The position numbers and the translations under genes are program-made. DNA of 59,559 nucleotides, counting the filler, from Sphacelaria rigidula (lineage: Eukaryota): assembly GCA_964200075.2 (NCBI GenBank). It is 6 parts of 6 records of this genome, joined end to end, with 100 filler letters (N's around TTAATTAATTAA, not from the genome) between each part and the next. Parts side by side here need not be neighbours in the genome. Positions count along the whole stretch, not along the records: positions 1 to 9,844 come from CAXNAA020007643.1; positions 9,945 to 19,787 come from CAXNAA020007644.1; 4 more parts are not named here. One strand, given 5' to 3'. Under the pieces are notes generated by a model. It was not told the origin of the DNA. It saw only the letters and a list, made by a program, of their open reading frames with translations, and ran no database searches. Of the stretch, positions 1 to 12,394 are shown in pieces; the stretch's first letter is position 1, and each line of letters starts with the position of its first letter.

Positions 1-189
1 TCTCTCAGAAAAAAGGACGACTACGAATTCTGAAAACTTCTGACGCTGACTACTATAGATAAGAATGCTCTGTTGCTACTGTAGAAGGGGGGGAATTTTC
101 TCGAGGCTAGTAAAAATAAACCTAAAATAAATTCGGTTTCGCGTGATTCTCTCTCGAATGATGTTGCCTAATTTTGCCGCACATTACAG

Positions 190-704
190 GTGCGTTCACT
201 TCTTGGACGTCATGCTCAGGCTAGGACAAGAAGCAATCCTGCAGTACTTGTGGCTGTACGAGCGGTACGAGGTGCCCAGCGGCGAGAGTGGGGGGATGAC
301 GAAATGCGAGGAAAGTCACTTCGGCCAAGATAAAGGCATGGAAAATGTGCTGTAATATACGGCCGGGAGTAAACTAGCCAGCGTCAAAAACGTTAGCGCC
401 TGCCTCCTGCTGTGTTTTTTGGCAAGTTTACGTCCGAATATCGTCCTGTCGATGTTTGTGAGACAAGCAACGATCCTGCTGAGCTTTGGTCGAGATCATC
501 AAGGACAGCTACAGTAGTGTCCACGTTTGCATCAATGGGGGTAGGTATTTCATCATTTTCGACGGCCAGCTGACACCGACTGTCGATTGCGACACAGGGG
601 CGGGCAAAATGCAGGAGTTTCTAGCCATGCCCGAGAGCGATCAGGGAGATCTCACCCGTCAGCTGGCTGACTGGGATCCGGCGAAAAAGACAAAGGTGCG
701 GTAG
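190..704 (+). pseudogene. Degenerate ORF, possibly a hAT-like transposase remnant
   Basis: A protein-like reading (CVHFLDVMLRLGQEAILQYL...NIVLSMF...EIIKDSYSSVHV) is broken by a stop and frameshifts. Resemblance to hAT transposase is weak and by eye only. Confidence 0.25.
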
Positions 705-1974
705 TGGCGGACGGCTATGGCCGAACAAGGTAGCACAATTTTCGATCAGTGCGCCTCTTGTAACCCATGCTGTTTGGCCAGGGTGCCACGCCGGGGGCGC
801 ACGCGCGGGCGCTACGCCAGGGCGCTACGCCAGGGCGCTATGCTGGGGCGGGGACGGCGATAGCCCTGCTCCTTGGCGGTAGTCATGTGAACCGCCAATG
901 CTGACACTAGAACGATTAAATGAGACACTGGACTGATTCAATATATTAGTCGCCTTCGCGGTCGAAGCGTGCGGAAAATTCTACACTTGTTTGGAGGCGG
1001 GGCGGGGAAGATTGGTCCAGTCACGGGAATCCCCAAAATTGGAAGTGTGATCAGTCCTCAGCAGGTTCACGTTATCTGATTCCCGTATACCGCCTTGAAG
1101 TACTCTAGACTTTCCCATTTATTTGTGCATTCGCTGTACGCAGTTTGCATATACTCACTGCGGTACATCCCCCGACCGAGTCATTGCACGACGGGGGGTA
1201 ACGTCTTTTTCTTACACTTCACGGAGCACCAACGATTCCAGCCATGACTGTCTCCTGTGCAGTTTTTGCTCGCGGAAAAGTCAAAGTTCTGGCTTCAATC
1301 CCCCACTTGAAAGAAAGGAGATAATGAAAACAATCAAAGCTTACATGAGGGTTCGAAAAATAAAAATTGGAACGTTTATGGTCACTCCAACAAGGAATGG
1401 CTCCAGCCACCGCAAGGAAGGAGCGAGGTCAAAATATGATTCGCCTCTCGTGTTTTAACTTCACGTGATCTTAGGTAATGAAGACTTGGGAAGCAACAGA
1501 CCCAGCGCTGCCGGCCACGTTTCTGTTGGAACTCATCAGGGGAGAGCAGGTGAAGATATCTGCACGAGTACTATCAATGTATTCTTCTTAAGCCTGGAAC
1601 AGAGCCGTGTGGCTTGGAATTTGGCTGTACTGTAGCGGTGGGGGGGGGGGGGTTAACGTGATGGAGATTCATCAATCAGGCCGCCAGCGAAGGCGTACCG
1701 ACTTCTACGGTGAGTAAACATGGCGGGATTCCATAGTAGAGAGTATACTCTCATGCAACCAGTCCATTCTCTGTCGAACTAGTCGTCGCTAAAAAAGCAT
1801 GATGTCTGTGAAAGTTCCAGCTGCCGGCACGACCCGATGCGTATTCCCTGCGGTTCCCCCCCCTTTTTTTTTCCGCACGTCGCTGACTCTGAAAACTACC
1901 GGCGCTCGTTGTTGTACTTGCGATCTCCTGCTGCAAATGCGGAGTTTTGTCACCGTGCTGTATACGGGAACTAG

Positions 1975-4900
1975 GCTCGTGGGGACGGCCCCGGAAATTT
2001 GTGGCAGTGTTCGCTTTGTCCGCTCAAACGCGAAGTGGAGATCGAGGAAAAGTTAAAGCGCGGGGAGCATCGCAGGAGAGATCGTTCGTTGGACCCCGGT
2101 AGGACGGCAGGAAGTAAAACAACCACATACCGTAGCATACCTTTCAGTCATTGCGGCAATTTCGCCCTGTACGGCACGTTACACCTTCGACTGAACTCTT
2201 GACTTTTTTTTATGATTTTTCCCGCAAGCGAGTACGAGTGTGAAGTGGTGCCATGACAAGCACGGACAAAAGGGCGGGAAAAAAGACGCTGTGAGGTTTC
2301 GAAATTCGCCGCCATGCCCATTTTAGCGGCGAGCAATCTTTGAAACACTTTAACAGCGGGCATGACAAGGCTAGAAGTAAATGCTTCGATGTTCTTTATA
2401 TCGACTAGGGGAGCGATGCTGATCGAATGTTCAAAGTCATGTTGGTCGGGCAAGCGCGTCGCCTTCACCTGCGATGTGGTACACAGGTCAGGAAGCGCCT
2501 TTGCGCCACCTGACGAGTACATTCCCTCGCGCCATACGTTGACGGATCAATCGGGCACATTCCCACGGCACAGTTAACAGCCCATCATCGAAAGTGAGGA
2601 CGGAGCCTTTCATTGAGGATGCTAACCCGGAAAAATTCAAATCTTCTCACCCACGCCAATTCTTCGAAATATGGCTCCATTCCTTCAACTGCTGGTAGCT
2701 ACTAACTACTACTACACGCCACAACAATTTGAATTCCGATGGCCAAAATTTGGGGATCCTAGGTGAAAAAACAAAATGTTGGATATTCAAGTGATCCGGC
2801 CGGATCACTAAAGTTCCCACCATTTTGTTTTTCACCTAGGACCCCCAAGGTTCGATCATCGGAACTCAAACAAACTCAGGGCGTGTAGTAGTCGTCAATA
2901 GCGACCAGCAGATGAAGGAATGGAACCATATCTCGAAGAATTGGTGTGGATGCGAAGATTTTTTTTTTCCGGGTTATGACCCTCAATGGAAAGCTCCATC
3001 CTCACTTTCGATGATCGGCTGTTAGTTTGAGATATCTGTCGCTCCTTCCCGGGCTACGTACCATTTAGTCAGTCAAGACTCTCAACGAACCACCCTTTTG
3101 GTGCAATCTCCATTTTGTCACTGACGCCGCCAACGGTTTACACCCAGGGGCAATCTACGAGTACAACGCGGGAAGCCGTGGCCGCGGCGTTTCGATACTC
3201 TACCGCTCCCCCCACGAAACCCTCTTCGAGTTCAGGAACGACATGAGCAGCCGCCTCAGCAGCAGCAGCAGCAGTGGCATCAACAGCAACACCAAGTCTA
3301 GCCCAGAAACACGCGGGATAGTACTACCAGGAGAACGTACCGGCGCTACCTCAATACCCACTCGAGATCGACAGCAGATCCATCAAGAACCAACGTCATC
3401 GTTGGAAGTAGCTCTTCCTTCCGCTGCTGCCGTAGAAGGCTGCTCCCAGTTTCCGCGGCTGACGTACGGGAAGCGGGGATTTGACGGCCGGAGATTGTGC
3501 GAGTCGTGTGCGGCAGAGTTGCGAGGTGCGATTGTTATGGGCGGGCACGACATGGAGCTGTGGCACGCCGTAGATCACGAGAGGCGAGCCATGCATCAGC
3601 AGCAGCGGCGACAGGACGTGTTCAAGGCGCGCTGGGCAGAGCGGGAGCGCGCCGACAGACAGGTTGGGAAAAGAGCGGGGAGCTGCGCTCGAGTGTTTGT
3701 GGGCACTTCTCAGCGTCCCCGCTGTTCACTGATGACTTGCTATTGACAGAGAAGTTGGCATGCCTTGCAGTATTCTAGCTGTAGGGATTATTCACCAGCC
3801 CTCTAGAAACGTCTGTTGCTACACGCCGAAGGTAGTTAGCTATTGAATCGTTGATGTTCACGCGTGCTCGATCGGGGGGCGGGGGCGAGGGGGGGACGTT
3901 TTTTTATGCTTTCGTGGCTGTTGGTGCTATTGACCACGCCCATTAAATCGCTGGTATTGCCAGTACCATCTAATAATATACATGGTGGGGTAACCCCCCT
4001 ACACACCGTAGCGGAGCGGGATAAAAAATGTTGTATTTCAGGTACTACTCCGCAGATGCGTTGATAGCAGTCGTTCGCCTGGAGCCTCCGTCGTCTCGCA
4101 GTGGGCTACAACCGCAGTAGGTTCGTTACACAGGTGTTGGCCTTATCCTATTTCCATCATTCGTAGTGTTTCTAGGATATGGACTGTCACGCTTTTGCTG
4201 CAGAAAAATCATATGCACTTCACACGCCCTCCTTCCTGTCGGAAATACTAAACCCGGCAGGTTTCGCAGTTGCTACGATTAATATGTGAGGCGAACCTCG
4301 CGGCGTTCAGCCGCCATACTCTCGAAGCGCGCACGAGGGCCGCGCAGGACAACCAAGCTGCTGAGATCAGGCGAATGCTCGACCTGAAGTTATCGGATCA
4401 GAATGCCGTACGAGTCGGTACCAGTAAAGACCATGTTATGAAGCTACTCAACGTGCGCGAAGCGGAAGCGAACTGCCGGCTACTCAGGTAAAGTATGAAG
4501 AACAAAAACAAAAAGGGGGACGGGGGCGGGTTAAAAGGATGTCCCCCTGACAAAAAAAAGGGAAGAAGGGGAGCGGCGGGGGAACGCCACCGGCGCCACC
4601 CATATCAGTTAAACAAATAAACCGTTCCNNNNNNNNNNGGAACGAAGGCTAAGCGCACAGCTGTGTACTAGAAAAAGACAGAGAAGAAAAGGGCAGCAGG
4701 GGGGGGGGGGCGGGTTAAAAGGATGTCCCCCTGAAAAAAAAAAGGGAAGAAGGGGAGCGACGTGTGAAATCCACCGGTGACAAGCATAGCAATTTAACAG
4801 TTCCACCGTTCCCCCGCACGTCGATACGGCAGCCGATGTGGCAGCATACACCCCGAGACTGCTACTTTTCTGGTACAGTTAAAGAACACGTTCAACTGGG

Positions 4901-7900
4901 GTTCCGACGTCATGCCGATGCCGTGCTTCACGTAAAAACATAAAGGTTTGTCCCCCCAACGCAGCACAATTTCGTCTTCAGCGCGAAGGAAGAAGCATAG
5001 GCCTCTATAGTAAGCACCTCCAAGCCGTCAACAAAAAAATAGTATCTAGTTGAGGCGGTTGAACGCAAGCATTGATATACTGCAGACTATACGTGCGTAC
5101 AACGAACGCCCTTTGCCCCAAACCTCAATTCTCCCCGCATAGCGTGAAAGACCCTGGCTATAATTTCCCATGTCAAATTACGAATAATAATTTTACCCGC
5201 GCAGGCTGAAAGCCTGTTTGAACACGGATCGGCATTACGGGTCCTTAGAGCCAGGGGGCGTTCCACCATCATCACGTCGACGGCACCCCATGTCCTCGAA
5301 ACCTGCGGATTTTCTCGACGATGGTACCCCAGCTACTGCTCAGGGTGCAACGTTGGTCTTCGGCCGCCCGGAGCCAATCGACGACGACGAGAGCGCCGAC
5401 ATCCGATGCTGGAAGGCAGGCAAGGCCGAGGCTAGGTAAAGGGCTGGGTAAGGGCTGTCACCTGCGGATAGGGTTAGAGTTTGTGTGCTGCGTGTGCCGC
5501 TAGGCGTACGGGGGGAAGAGTGGACTTTCAGCTGGGCACGCAAACCCTAGTTTGATTGCCGCAGGATCGTTGCGGTAGGACGTAACGCAGGTTCGATGGC
5601 ATCACTGGGTGGTGGGTGAGGGAGAAGCGATAGGGGGAGAACACAAGTGGGTAGACGCCGCTCAACGACGGAGGCTGCAGGCATGGGGGCGAAATATGCG
5701 CGACCCTGAAAAGGGAGGAAAACAGTACACACATTTTGGAGTCGGGAATCATACACCGGTCATTCATTCGTTGTATCATGATTCTCAGTTTCTCACGGAC
5801 AATTTATCAATCTTTATATAGGCAAGTACTCTGGAGTGGGAAATCAGAGAGGATTGTGAAAAACGGATATCGCAGGCCTTAGCTGTGTCCAGTATTTCAG
5901 TGTGCCCCGCTCACTGGCGGAGTTGAAGCTGCGTCGACGGCGGCGTACATAGCACGTCCCTCCAGCTACCGGTGTTTCTCGTGGTAACGCTTGGGGGTTG
6001 CACCGTTCCAGTGCATCATGTGACCACGGCTGGATCTCCGAGGGTTCAGTTGGAGTGCGACAATCAATCAAAATCAATCAAGTGTCTCGAGTCCCCTTTT
6101 GCGCGGTTTGCATCCCACGGCACTACGCAGATTCTGCCGTAGACATACCACCGCTAGGTCCACCCTGCTACTACTTCGCCTCCTGACCTTCCCTTGCCCT
6201 GTCGTTGCCGCAAAAGGTTCCGTGGAGGCCGAAGAACGGCTAGACCGACGGCGAGAAGTGCGGGAATGGCAAACGGCGTATGGCAAACGAGGACGGTTTT
6301 CATATCTCTGCAGCCGATGGGTCGATGCCGCTTCGAGCATAGAGGAGAGGCAGCGGCAAAAGAGAATGTGATCGAGAGAACATTTCCCCCACCACCATCA
6401 CTTCGCAGTCAAATTCGACGTGTGCTTCGTTTTTCTGCTGATGTTTGACGATTTATGCTGGCATCACAGAATGGTGGTGGACATAACTCCGACAGAACAC
6501 CTGACGCCGACGGCACAATTATTTATTTAGAGCCCACCCAGTTTCTTACTGTAGGGGAGATGTCCGAGAAGGTGCAGCACATTTTTTCTTGCGGGGGAAT
6601 GATTTCGCCTTATTTTGCCTGAGAGGAAATGAAGACGAGCTATCTCTCTCCGCGGGCTGTTCCGGTTGCCGCAAACGTCGGCGTTGGAAGGCATGCTCAC
6701 TAGGTTAGTGAAACGGTCGTTGGAGTTGTACCGGACACCCAAACCAACGCATATACGCAGGTCTTCATCGCGCGTTTCACGTACTGTCACGGGCACCGAG
6801 ACTAGAAATACTAAACGCGTGTTTCCTTCTCCTCCTCTTCTCAATCTGACCCATTATCACCAAACCGTTCATGCGAGTGATATCCATTGCCTTCCCCAGG
6901 ACAACGCGACACAAAACAGAGTCAAGCACGCCAAACTCAACCATTTGCCTACCCCCCGCACGAACCTCTGCTGCGGATGTACTGTACAGACACATGCCAA
7001 AAACACGAACAAACACCTCACAAAAGCATTGTGACCAACACCACCAAACCTTACCAAGAAGTCGTCGTGAAGCTGGCCACATTTTTCTCCAACCATCTTA
7101 GTAGTCGATTCCTGAGACTGGGTGATTTTTTTTTCCGATTTTCTTTTTTCGATCTTGTCATGATGAAAACGACTAGGGTGGAAGCGGCCGAACGAGCTAG
7201 ACGAGTGCGAGAGCGTGAAGCGGCGAAGCTTAAGCGCAAACAACAGTTGGTCACCCTTCGAGCCAAAGCCGTGTCTCGAGCTAATGTAGCCGAGCGGCGG
7301 CAGGACGAGAGGAACAAGGAGAAGGAAGCTAGGCGAGCTCGTGAGGCCGAGGAGCTGGACCGTATGCGAATAGAGGAAGGGAAGCAGCTGGCAGCTGGAG
7401 ATAGGTGAGCAGGAAACGCACACAAACGCTACGTAACATTCTGCGCCTCGCACGACGAGGAATCTGGCAAAATACAAACCGTGTAGCTAGCTGTCCATCA
7501 CTACAATACTAAGGCAATTCGAACTATCTCGGTGACGAAGCACAGTGAGCGGTCTGCTGATACCATGAATACCGCGATCTTTGTCTCAGAGTTATTAGAC
7601 TGAGAATATATTCTGTTGTTCTACCTTCTTTTTTTCACGAGTGCAGCGGGGAGTACACCACGTTCCTTCTACCCGTTATACGCCCGGGGTTCATGCGTGC
7701 GCGCGCGTGTGTGTGTTTGTGTTTGTGTTTGTGTTTGTGTTTGTGTTTGTGTTTGTGTTTGTGTGTGTGTGTATGTCCACATGTGTTTGCCTTGTCCTAT
7801 GACTTCGTAGCGTATCACCGTTAACGCTTACCATGCTCGCGTGTGCATGCGACTTCAGATTCTGGGGATTAGTTGTAGAGATGCAGCGGCTCCGGGCGAT

Positions 7901-9577
7901 AGAGGAACAGCGGCGGCTGCTGTGGGAGGCACGCGTGAAGGCAACACGGGAAAAAATGGTCTCAGTTCGGTAAGGATACACTCTTTACGGATAACTGTGT
8001 GGATGCAATGTGTCCCTCTCCTCCGTACAGCGAATATTCATCTCTGGGCTTGACAAGACATACCTCCAACTTCAGAACGATTTACGGAGATTTGGTGAGA
8101 TCGGTCGAACTGGAACTCCGAGCAGAGTCAGTTCAACCGTTCGAAAAACTCCTGTTCCAATACTTGTCGAAAATATGTTGTGTCTCAAAGCGGCCCTCTT
8201 TCTTGGTGCTCCTTCGGCTCGTTGTTTGGTGAAGCGCTCGGAGTAGTCAACAATGAGACTTCTGTTTGGGCCTACAGTAATACATGTCAAGAGGACCATC
8301 CCCACGGTGGTTCGTGCGAAGAACCAACGTCCTCGGCGCTCGACGGCACACTGAAGCGGGAAATTAAAAGTCGGTGAAAGAATCACTTCAACTGTTGAAA
8401 GGAAGGTTTGATCGCAATTTGCGCTGTAGGTTTTGGGGGGTTTTGGTGTGAAGAATCCGTGCGATTCGGCGCACTGTCGCGCAAATTCGATAAAGATGCA
8501 GTGCCTTCAACCTACGTCTTGCATGTTAGTATGCGCTGTTAAGGTCTCGGTATTGGTGTATGTTGTCCAACAAAAACTTTCACAAAATCAGCGAGTACTT
8601 CTCCCGCCATGTTTCCTCCCTCCTTGAAAATCGTAGCTTTTTTTTTATCTACGGCACAGCCGATTTTTCGCCAGTTTGCTTTCTTTCGCTCGGCGTCTGC
8701 ACCCGTAGGACTGAGCGGATTTCCATGAAGCTAAGCGGTCCACTCAAGAAGACATGATTATCATGAATGAGTTGGAAAACCATCAGTATTTCACACAAAC
8801 ATGTCGGTAAACACTTATCGGACGCAAGAGATATACACATAGCGGTGTATTGGGCCTCATTCGAAGGACTCTGAGTGAATATCCACATCGGGCCGCCACT
8901 GTACACAAACGACAAATGACTGAAGGTCGAGGTACGCAGTATCATGCCTACAGGAAGCGCTGCAAGCTCATTTCACTGCTCGTGCACTCCGGTAGGTGAA
9001 GTGACAGGCTGACCGTTGTGATTCTTGTCCAGCACACGATCTCCGGCAAAACTCCTGCCCCACAACTTTTTCTCTATCGTTTGGTTGTGTTACACCCGCG
9101 GTTCCATTTCTTGCATTGTACCTATTCTTCACCACCACCATCATCATTCGTATCGTCGCCATATGTGTCGGGGATGAGCCGCCTCCGGCGAACCGAACAC
9201 AACTATAATAGAAAAAATCGCACTGTGTGTACCACAGTAGTATATAGCAGTCTGACTTTACTGAGATGACAAGTGTCTTCCTCAACGCATCTCAAGTATC
9301 ACTTTGATCATTTTGTAAAGTTCGCCCGTCTTTCGAGAGATGATATCTCCCTCGTTTTCAGTTCAACTTATATCGTTTTGTTTGTCAGTGCGTTTCCGCA
9401 TAAATCCATCCTGAAAAGCTCATCTTCCCCTACGTTTTCGTGCGTTCGACTGTCGATTGTCGGATCTTTACGCGTGTTCACCCCAGGTGTATCTCCGAGG
9501 CGAGCTCGTTCAGCTACGCGATTCCACCGCCCGACCCTGATCTCGCCAACCAGATAGCACGGCTGGTAGCCATGTGA
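1975..9577 (+). CDS. Multi-exon gene for an uncharacterised coiled-coil protein with a Cys-rich, possibly PHD-like N-terminal segment (5' end uncertain)
   Basis: Phase-compatible AG/GT exons: 1975-2098 (ARGDGPGNLWQCSLC...SLDP), 3148-3662, 4042-4116, 4261-4487, 4801-4872, 5205-~5435 (PRLLLF-W-LKACL joins across the intron), 7177-7404 (E/R/K-rich coil), 7859-7969 (FWGLVVEMQRLRAIEEQRR...) and a probable last exon 9487-9577 (CISEASSFSYAIPPPDPDLANQIARLVAM*). Exons between 5435 and 7177 (e.g. ~6218-6365) and upstream candidates (1500-1549, 1680-1709) are less certain. Confidence 0.7.
2577..3022. mobile_element. MITE with ~145-bp imperfect TIRs and TA TSD (Tc1/mariner-type), intronic
   Basis: acagcccatcatcgaaagtgagga...actacacgcc (2577-2720) is the approximate reverse complement of ggcgtgtagt...tcctcactttcgatgatcggctgt (2880-3022). 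TA flanks both sides. Confidence 0.85.
7709..7772. repeat. (GT)n/(GTTTGT)n microsatellite
   Basis: Directly visible in the sequence. Confidence 0.95.
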
Positions 9578-9844
9578 TATCAGCACACTTTCGGCGCGAA
9601 CATCTGCCACTCTTTTGTACCATAAGTAGGTAACCTAGCCCTGAAACATTGCCTGAATATTTCGATCTCTATTGTAGGCTTTATGCCCCAATTTTGAGTC
9701 TGCACATCGCCTAAGGCCAGCGAAATTTTTGCGTTTCTCGTGCATGTGTAGTGGGCGGGGGGGGGGGGGGGGGGGCTTTTTATTGTGTTAAAAAAGGTGT
9801 GGGTTGGGGGGGGGGGAAAGGCACCCCGTGTTTTCCCGGTGAAG

Positions 9845-9944
9845 NNNNNNNNNNNNNNNNNNNNNNNNNNNNNNNNNNNNNNNNNNNNTTAATTAATTAA
9901 NNNNNNNNNNNNNNNNNNNNNNNNNNNNNNNNNNNNNNNNNNNN
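9845..9944. other. Artificial scaffold-concatenation linker (N44-TTAATTAATTAA-N44)
   Basis: 100-nt spacer containing a six-frame stop motif; it recurs every 9943 nt. Confidence 0.97.
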
Positions 9945-10636
9945 GTTCACGTCCCGTATTTCCCCCTCTAGCACGTCCCGTTCCTCCTTCTATAGTTCAC
10001 ATTCTGCCACTATATGACTTCTGCTCTCTATTCCTTTGCCACAGGGGCAGTTCTGCCCGTCTACTTCTTCCTCTTTTCGACCACTGGTATATCTCTTCCT
10101 TCTTTCTGGCAGGTCTATAGGTCCCCCACCCGAAATCGCGATTTCATATTTTTCGCATCGTCCATTGGGTCATGCAAATATGCTTTCATTCCGATCCCTT
10201 CTCTCAACCACCCGTATATCTCCATGTGTTCTTCCTCGTCTACCTTGCGTGTGAGCGCTCCTTTTCCTCTATCTCTATCATGCCTCTTACGTTTGCCTTG
10301 TACCCCGCGTCTTCACCTATGGACAGTATTTCGTCTTGGTTTCCTCCTATCTCCTTCCACACTTTCTCGACTTCTCTATCCCACCTTATGGCACGCCCTT
10401 TCGTACTTCTCTTCCATAGAGCCCTATCAACTATAGGTGGCAATCTCTTTCTCGGCATGTTCTTTACGATACACTGCCATCGCAATTTCCTCGTGTCTCT
10501 GTTTTAAGTGAGCACATTCCCAATTTTGCTCTCAAAGCTGTATTACTCGTCGTTTTCGAACATCCGACTATCTTCTTAGCTGCTGCTATTTCTATTGTTT
10601 CCAACCTCTCCACCAACTTCACGTTACCCTCCCATA
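9945..10636 (-). mobile_element. Non-LTR retrotransposon (LINE) ORF2 3' fragment, same family as 19888-21732
   Basis: The minus strand encodes RWQCIVKNMPRKRLPPIVDRALW...IRWDREVEKVWKEIGGNQDEILS, colinear with ~20760-21450. Confidence 0.9.
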
Positions 10637-10639
10637 CGA

Positions 10640-10880
10640 TACGTTCGGGGGGGGGGTGGGGGGGGGGTTACGGGTCGTTTCCTTCCACGAAGTTCATACT
10701 TGAATCGTCGTTGAAAGCAGCAGCAGTTGTTCGAACGCACTTGCTCCCGATGAATAACGCTCACTCACACTTGCTGATACCGCTCATACCCAAATTCAAG
10801 CGCATCGTGAGTTTTTCAGGTCGTTTGACGCATCTATGAGCCCATTTTTTCGTGGAATCGAACCCCCCCCCCCCCCTATC
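10640..10880. mobile_element. Putative MITE with poly-G/poly-C termini
   Basis: G-run...ttccacgaa at the left and ttcgtggaa...C-run-tatcgtag at the right. A similar C-run-tatcgtag end occurs at ~49776-49796. Confidence 0.4.
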
Positions 10881-10972
10881 GTAGTATGACTCTAATAACG
10901 TAAAGTTTGAACGGCTTGAGGCGGCCGAGAGGCGAGGAGGAGAGAGGGTGGGGAGGAGGGGAGGGGGGGGGG

Positions 10973-11090
10973 GGCGTTCTCATTTGTTGCTTGCCTCATT
11001 ATTGGTTACCGATTCGCTGGCCCGAAGGAGGAACAGAACCAGGCTGGCGCTGGAGGAGAAACTCACCTCCAACACTGTTATCGTCGCTGC
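10973..11090 (-). mobile_element. Short 3'-terminal fragment of the same LINE family
   Basis: gcgttctcatttgttgcttgcc is the approximate reverse complement of the LINE end ggaagcaacaaatgagtac at ~21700-21720. Confidence 0.6.
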
Positions 11091-11180
11091 TTTTTTTGTG
11101 TTCTCACAATGGCGGACACATAATTGGTCTTTGGGGATCGAAAGAACATGGATTTCGATGAATAGCTGCACATCAAAAGG

Positions 11181-11810
11181 ATGACAAGGACGAGAGTGTC
11201 TTGCGCTGCACGCCAGTATTGCAGTAAACGAAAGGAGGACACCCTCTCAAGTCCTTATCACCAGACCTCAGGAACTAACGTTGAATCTACATGGTTCAAA
11301 TATTACGCATACTGTTCACAGCGGCATAAAGAAGAAAAAACATTCAAGGAGAAGAAAGCTATTCGAACCCCTGACTTCGTGCTTCGAAGGCATAATGATT
11401 TGTGGATATTTAGCAGAATTAGGAGTTATATCCAACCTTGGCAAGAACTTCGTTCAGATAAACATATGAATCATGCCCCGTAATGCTCTTTAAACTCAGT
11501 TGATGAAGTAGCTACTGAAATCAACTCCGTTAACTTCGGATCATGTAGATCTTGGCTAACAACATCACATTTCTTTTTAGGTTCCTTTTATTAGGACGCC
11601 ATTGGTGGCATCCAGATCGTGAACGAGCAGCAGGCAGCCGCAGGTTTTGTATAAAAAAATGTAGGCTCTAAATCGGCGACCAGAAGCTGTACTTTCTATA
11701 CGTCCTGCTATTGTAGGAATAATATTGGACGCATGCGCGGAAGCGTGATCCAAGAAGATTTGGATGAGAGATTGAAATATTCGGTCGTAAACCCTTTGTT
11801 TGATCGAGGA
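11181..11810 (+). pseudogene. Decayed intronless ORF with a PD-(D/E)xK-like nuclease motif (RH...RTPDFVL...YLAELGV)
   Basis: One frame is open for ~210 codons apart from 3 stops. The AELGV part of the motif needs a frameshift near 11405. Confidence 0.3.
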
Positions 11811-11962
11811 TGATGACAGCTTATGTCGGAAGTTCCGACCAACTTTGTGCTGGCAGTCGCGGTTATATACGAAGCAGGCAAGCCTCATTCGAAATAACTG
11901 GGCGACGATGGTTGGCAGGTGGCCGCTCGTTTGTTTTTTGCAGGACCGTACACGTTACATGT

Positions 11963-12221
11963 GAGTGATGCTACGGTAGGGGTACACAAATATTTTCTGA
12001 GGTCAAAATTGTCAGGAGCCCTTTATTTCATCCAAAACACGACTTATGTAAATATGCGAAAGTACGCCAGGACTACTTTTCCAATGTGCTAGGGATATCC
12101 CGAGTAAATCCGCAAACGGGGATGCCCTGACCCATATTCTTTTGCGTGTAAAATCGTTAGGAGCCGCTGAACCAGACAACATTTCGCGAGAAAAGTGCGC
12201 ATCCCTACCGTAGCATTGCAC
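11963..12221. mobile_element. MITE family A (TIR GAGTGATGCTACGGTAGGG), copy 1
   Basis: TIR gagtgatgctacggtaggg / ccctaccgtagcattgcac, with ATGT on both flanks. The internal sequence matches 13707-13954 in inverted orientation. Confidence 0.85.
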
Positions 12222-12238
12222 ATGTTCAAGATTCAAGA

Positions 12239-12394
12239 TTCACGCTTCACGGCAAAGTTCAGCTAGGCTAGTACTACGGTGGGGGGCCACGTGGGAAGCC
12301 CTGATTTGACTTGGCTTTTGAACAGGGCTCCTCACGTGGTCCCCGTCCCCCACCGTAGTACTAGCCTGGCTTAACTTTTGACGTGAAACGTGAA
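12239..12394. mobile_element. Palindromic (fold-back) MITE
   Basis: aggctagtactacggtgggg...ccacgtg..agccctg pairs with cagggct..cacgtgg...ccccaccgtagtactagcct, giving arms of ~65 bp. Confidence 0.75.

Noticed and set aside
1500-1545. Hammerhead ribozyme-like CTGATGA...GAAAC on the minus strand
   Set aside because: Stem II is non-canonical and no stem I/III pairing was found.
1650-3110. Minus-strand pseudogene including ORF 2148-2522
   Set aside because: It has several stops and no recognisable motif, and it lies antisense to a better-supported plus-strand spliced gene.
4497-4760. Direct repeat flanking a 10-N gap (similarly ~24840-25120)
   Set aside because: Most likely redundant low-quality contig ends at scaffolding gaps.
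8649-8945. Copia RNase H-like remnant (SGGPMW...SNEAQY)
   Set aside because: Too degenerate to support.
9889-9900. Periodic TTAATTAATTAA as a biological motif
   Set aside because: It is a synthetic stop-codon linker embedded in Ns.
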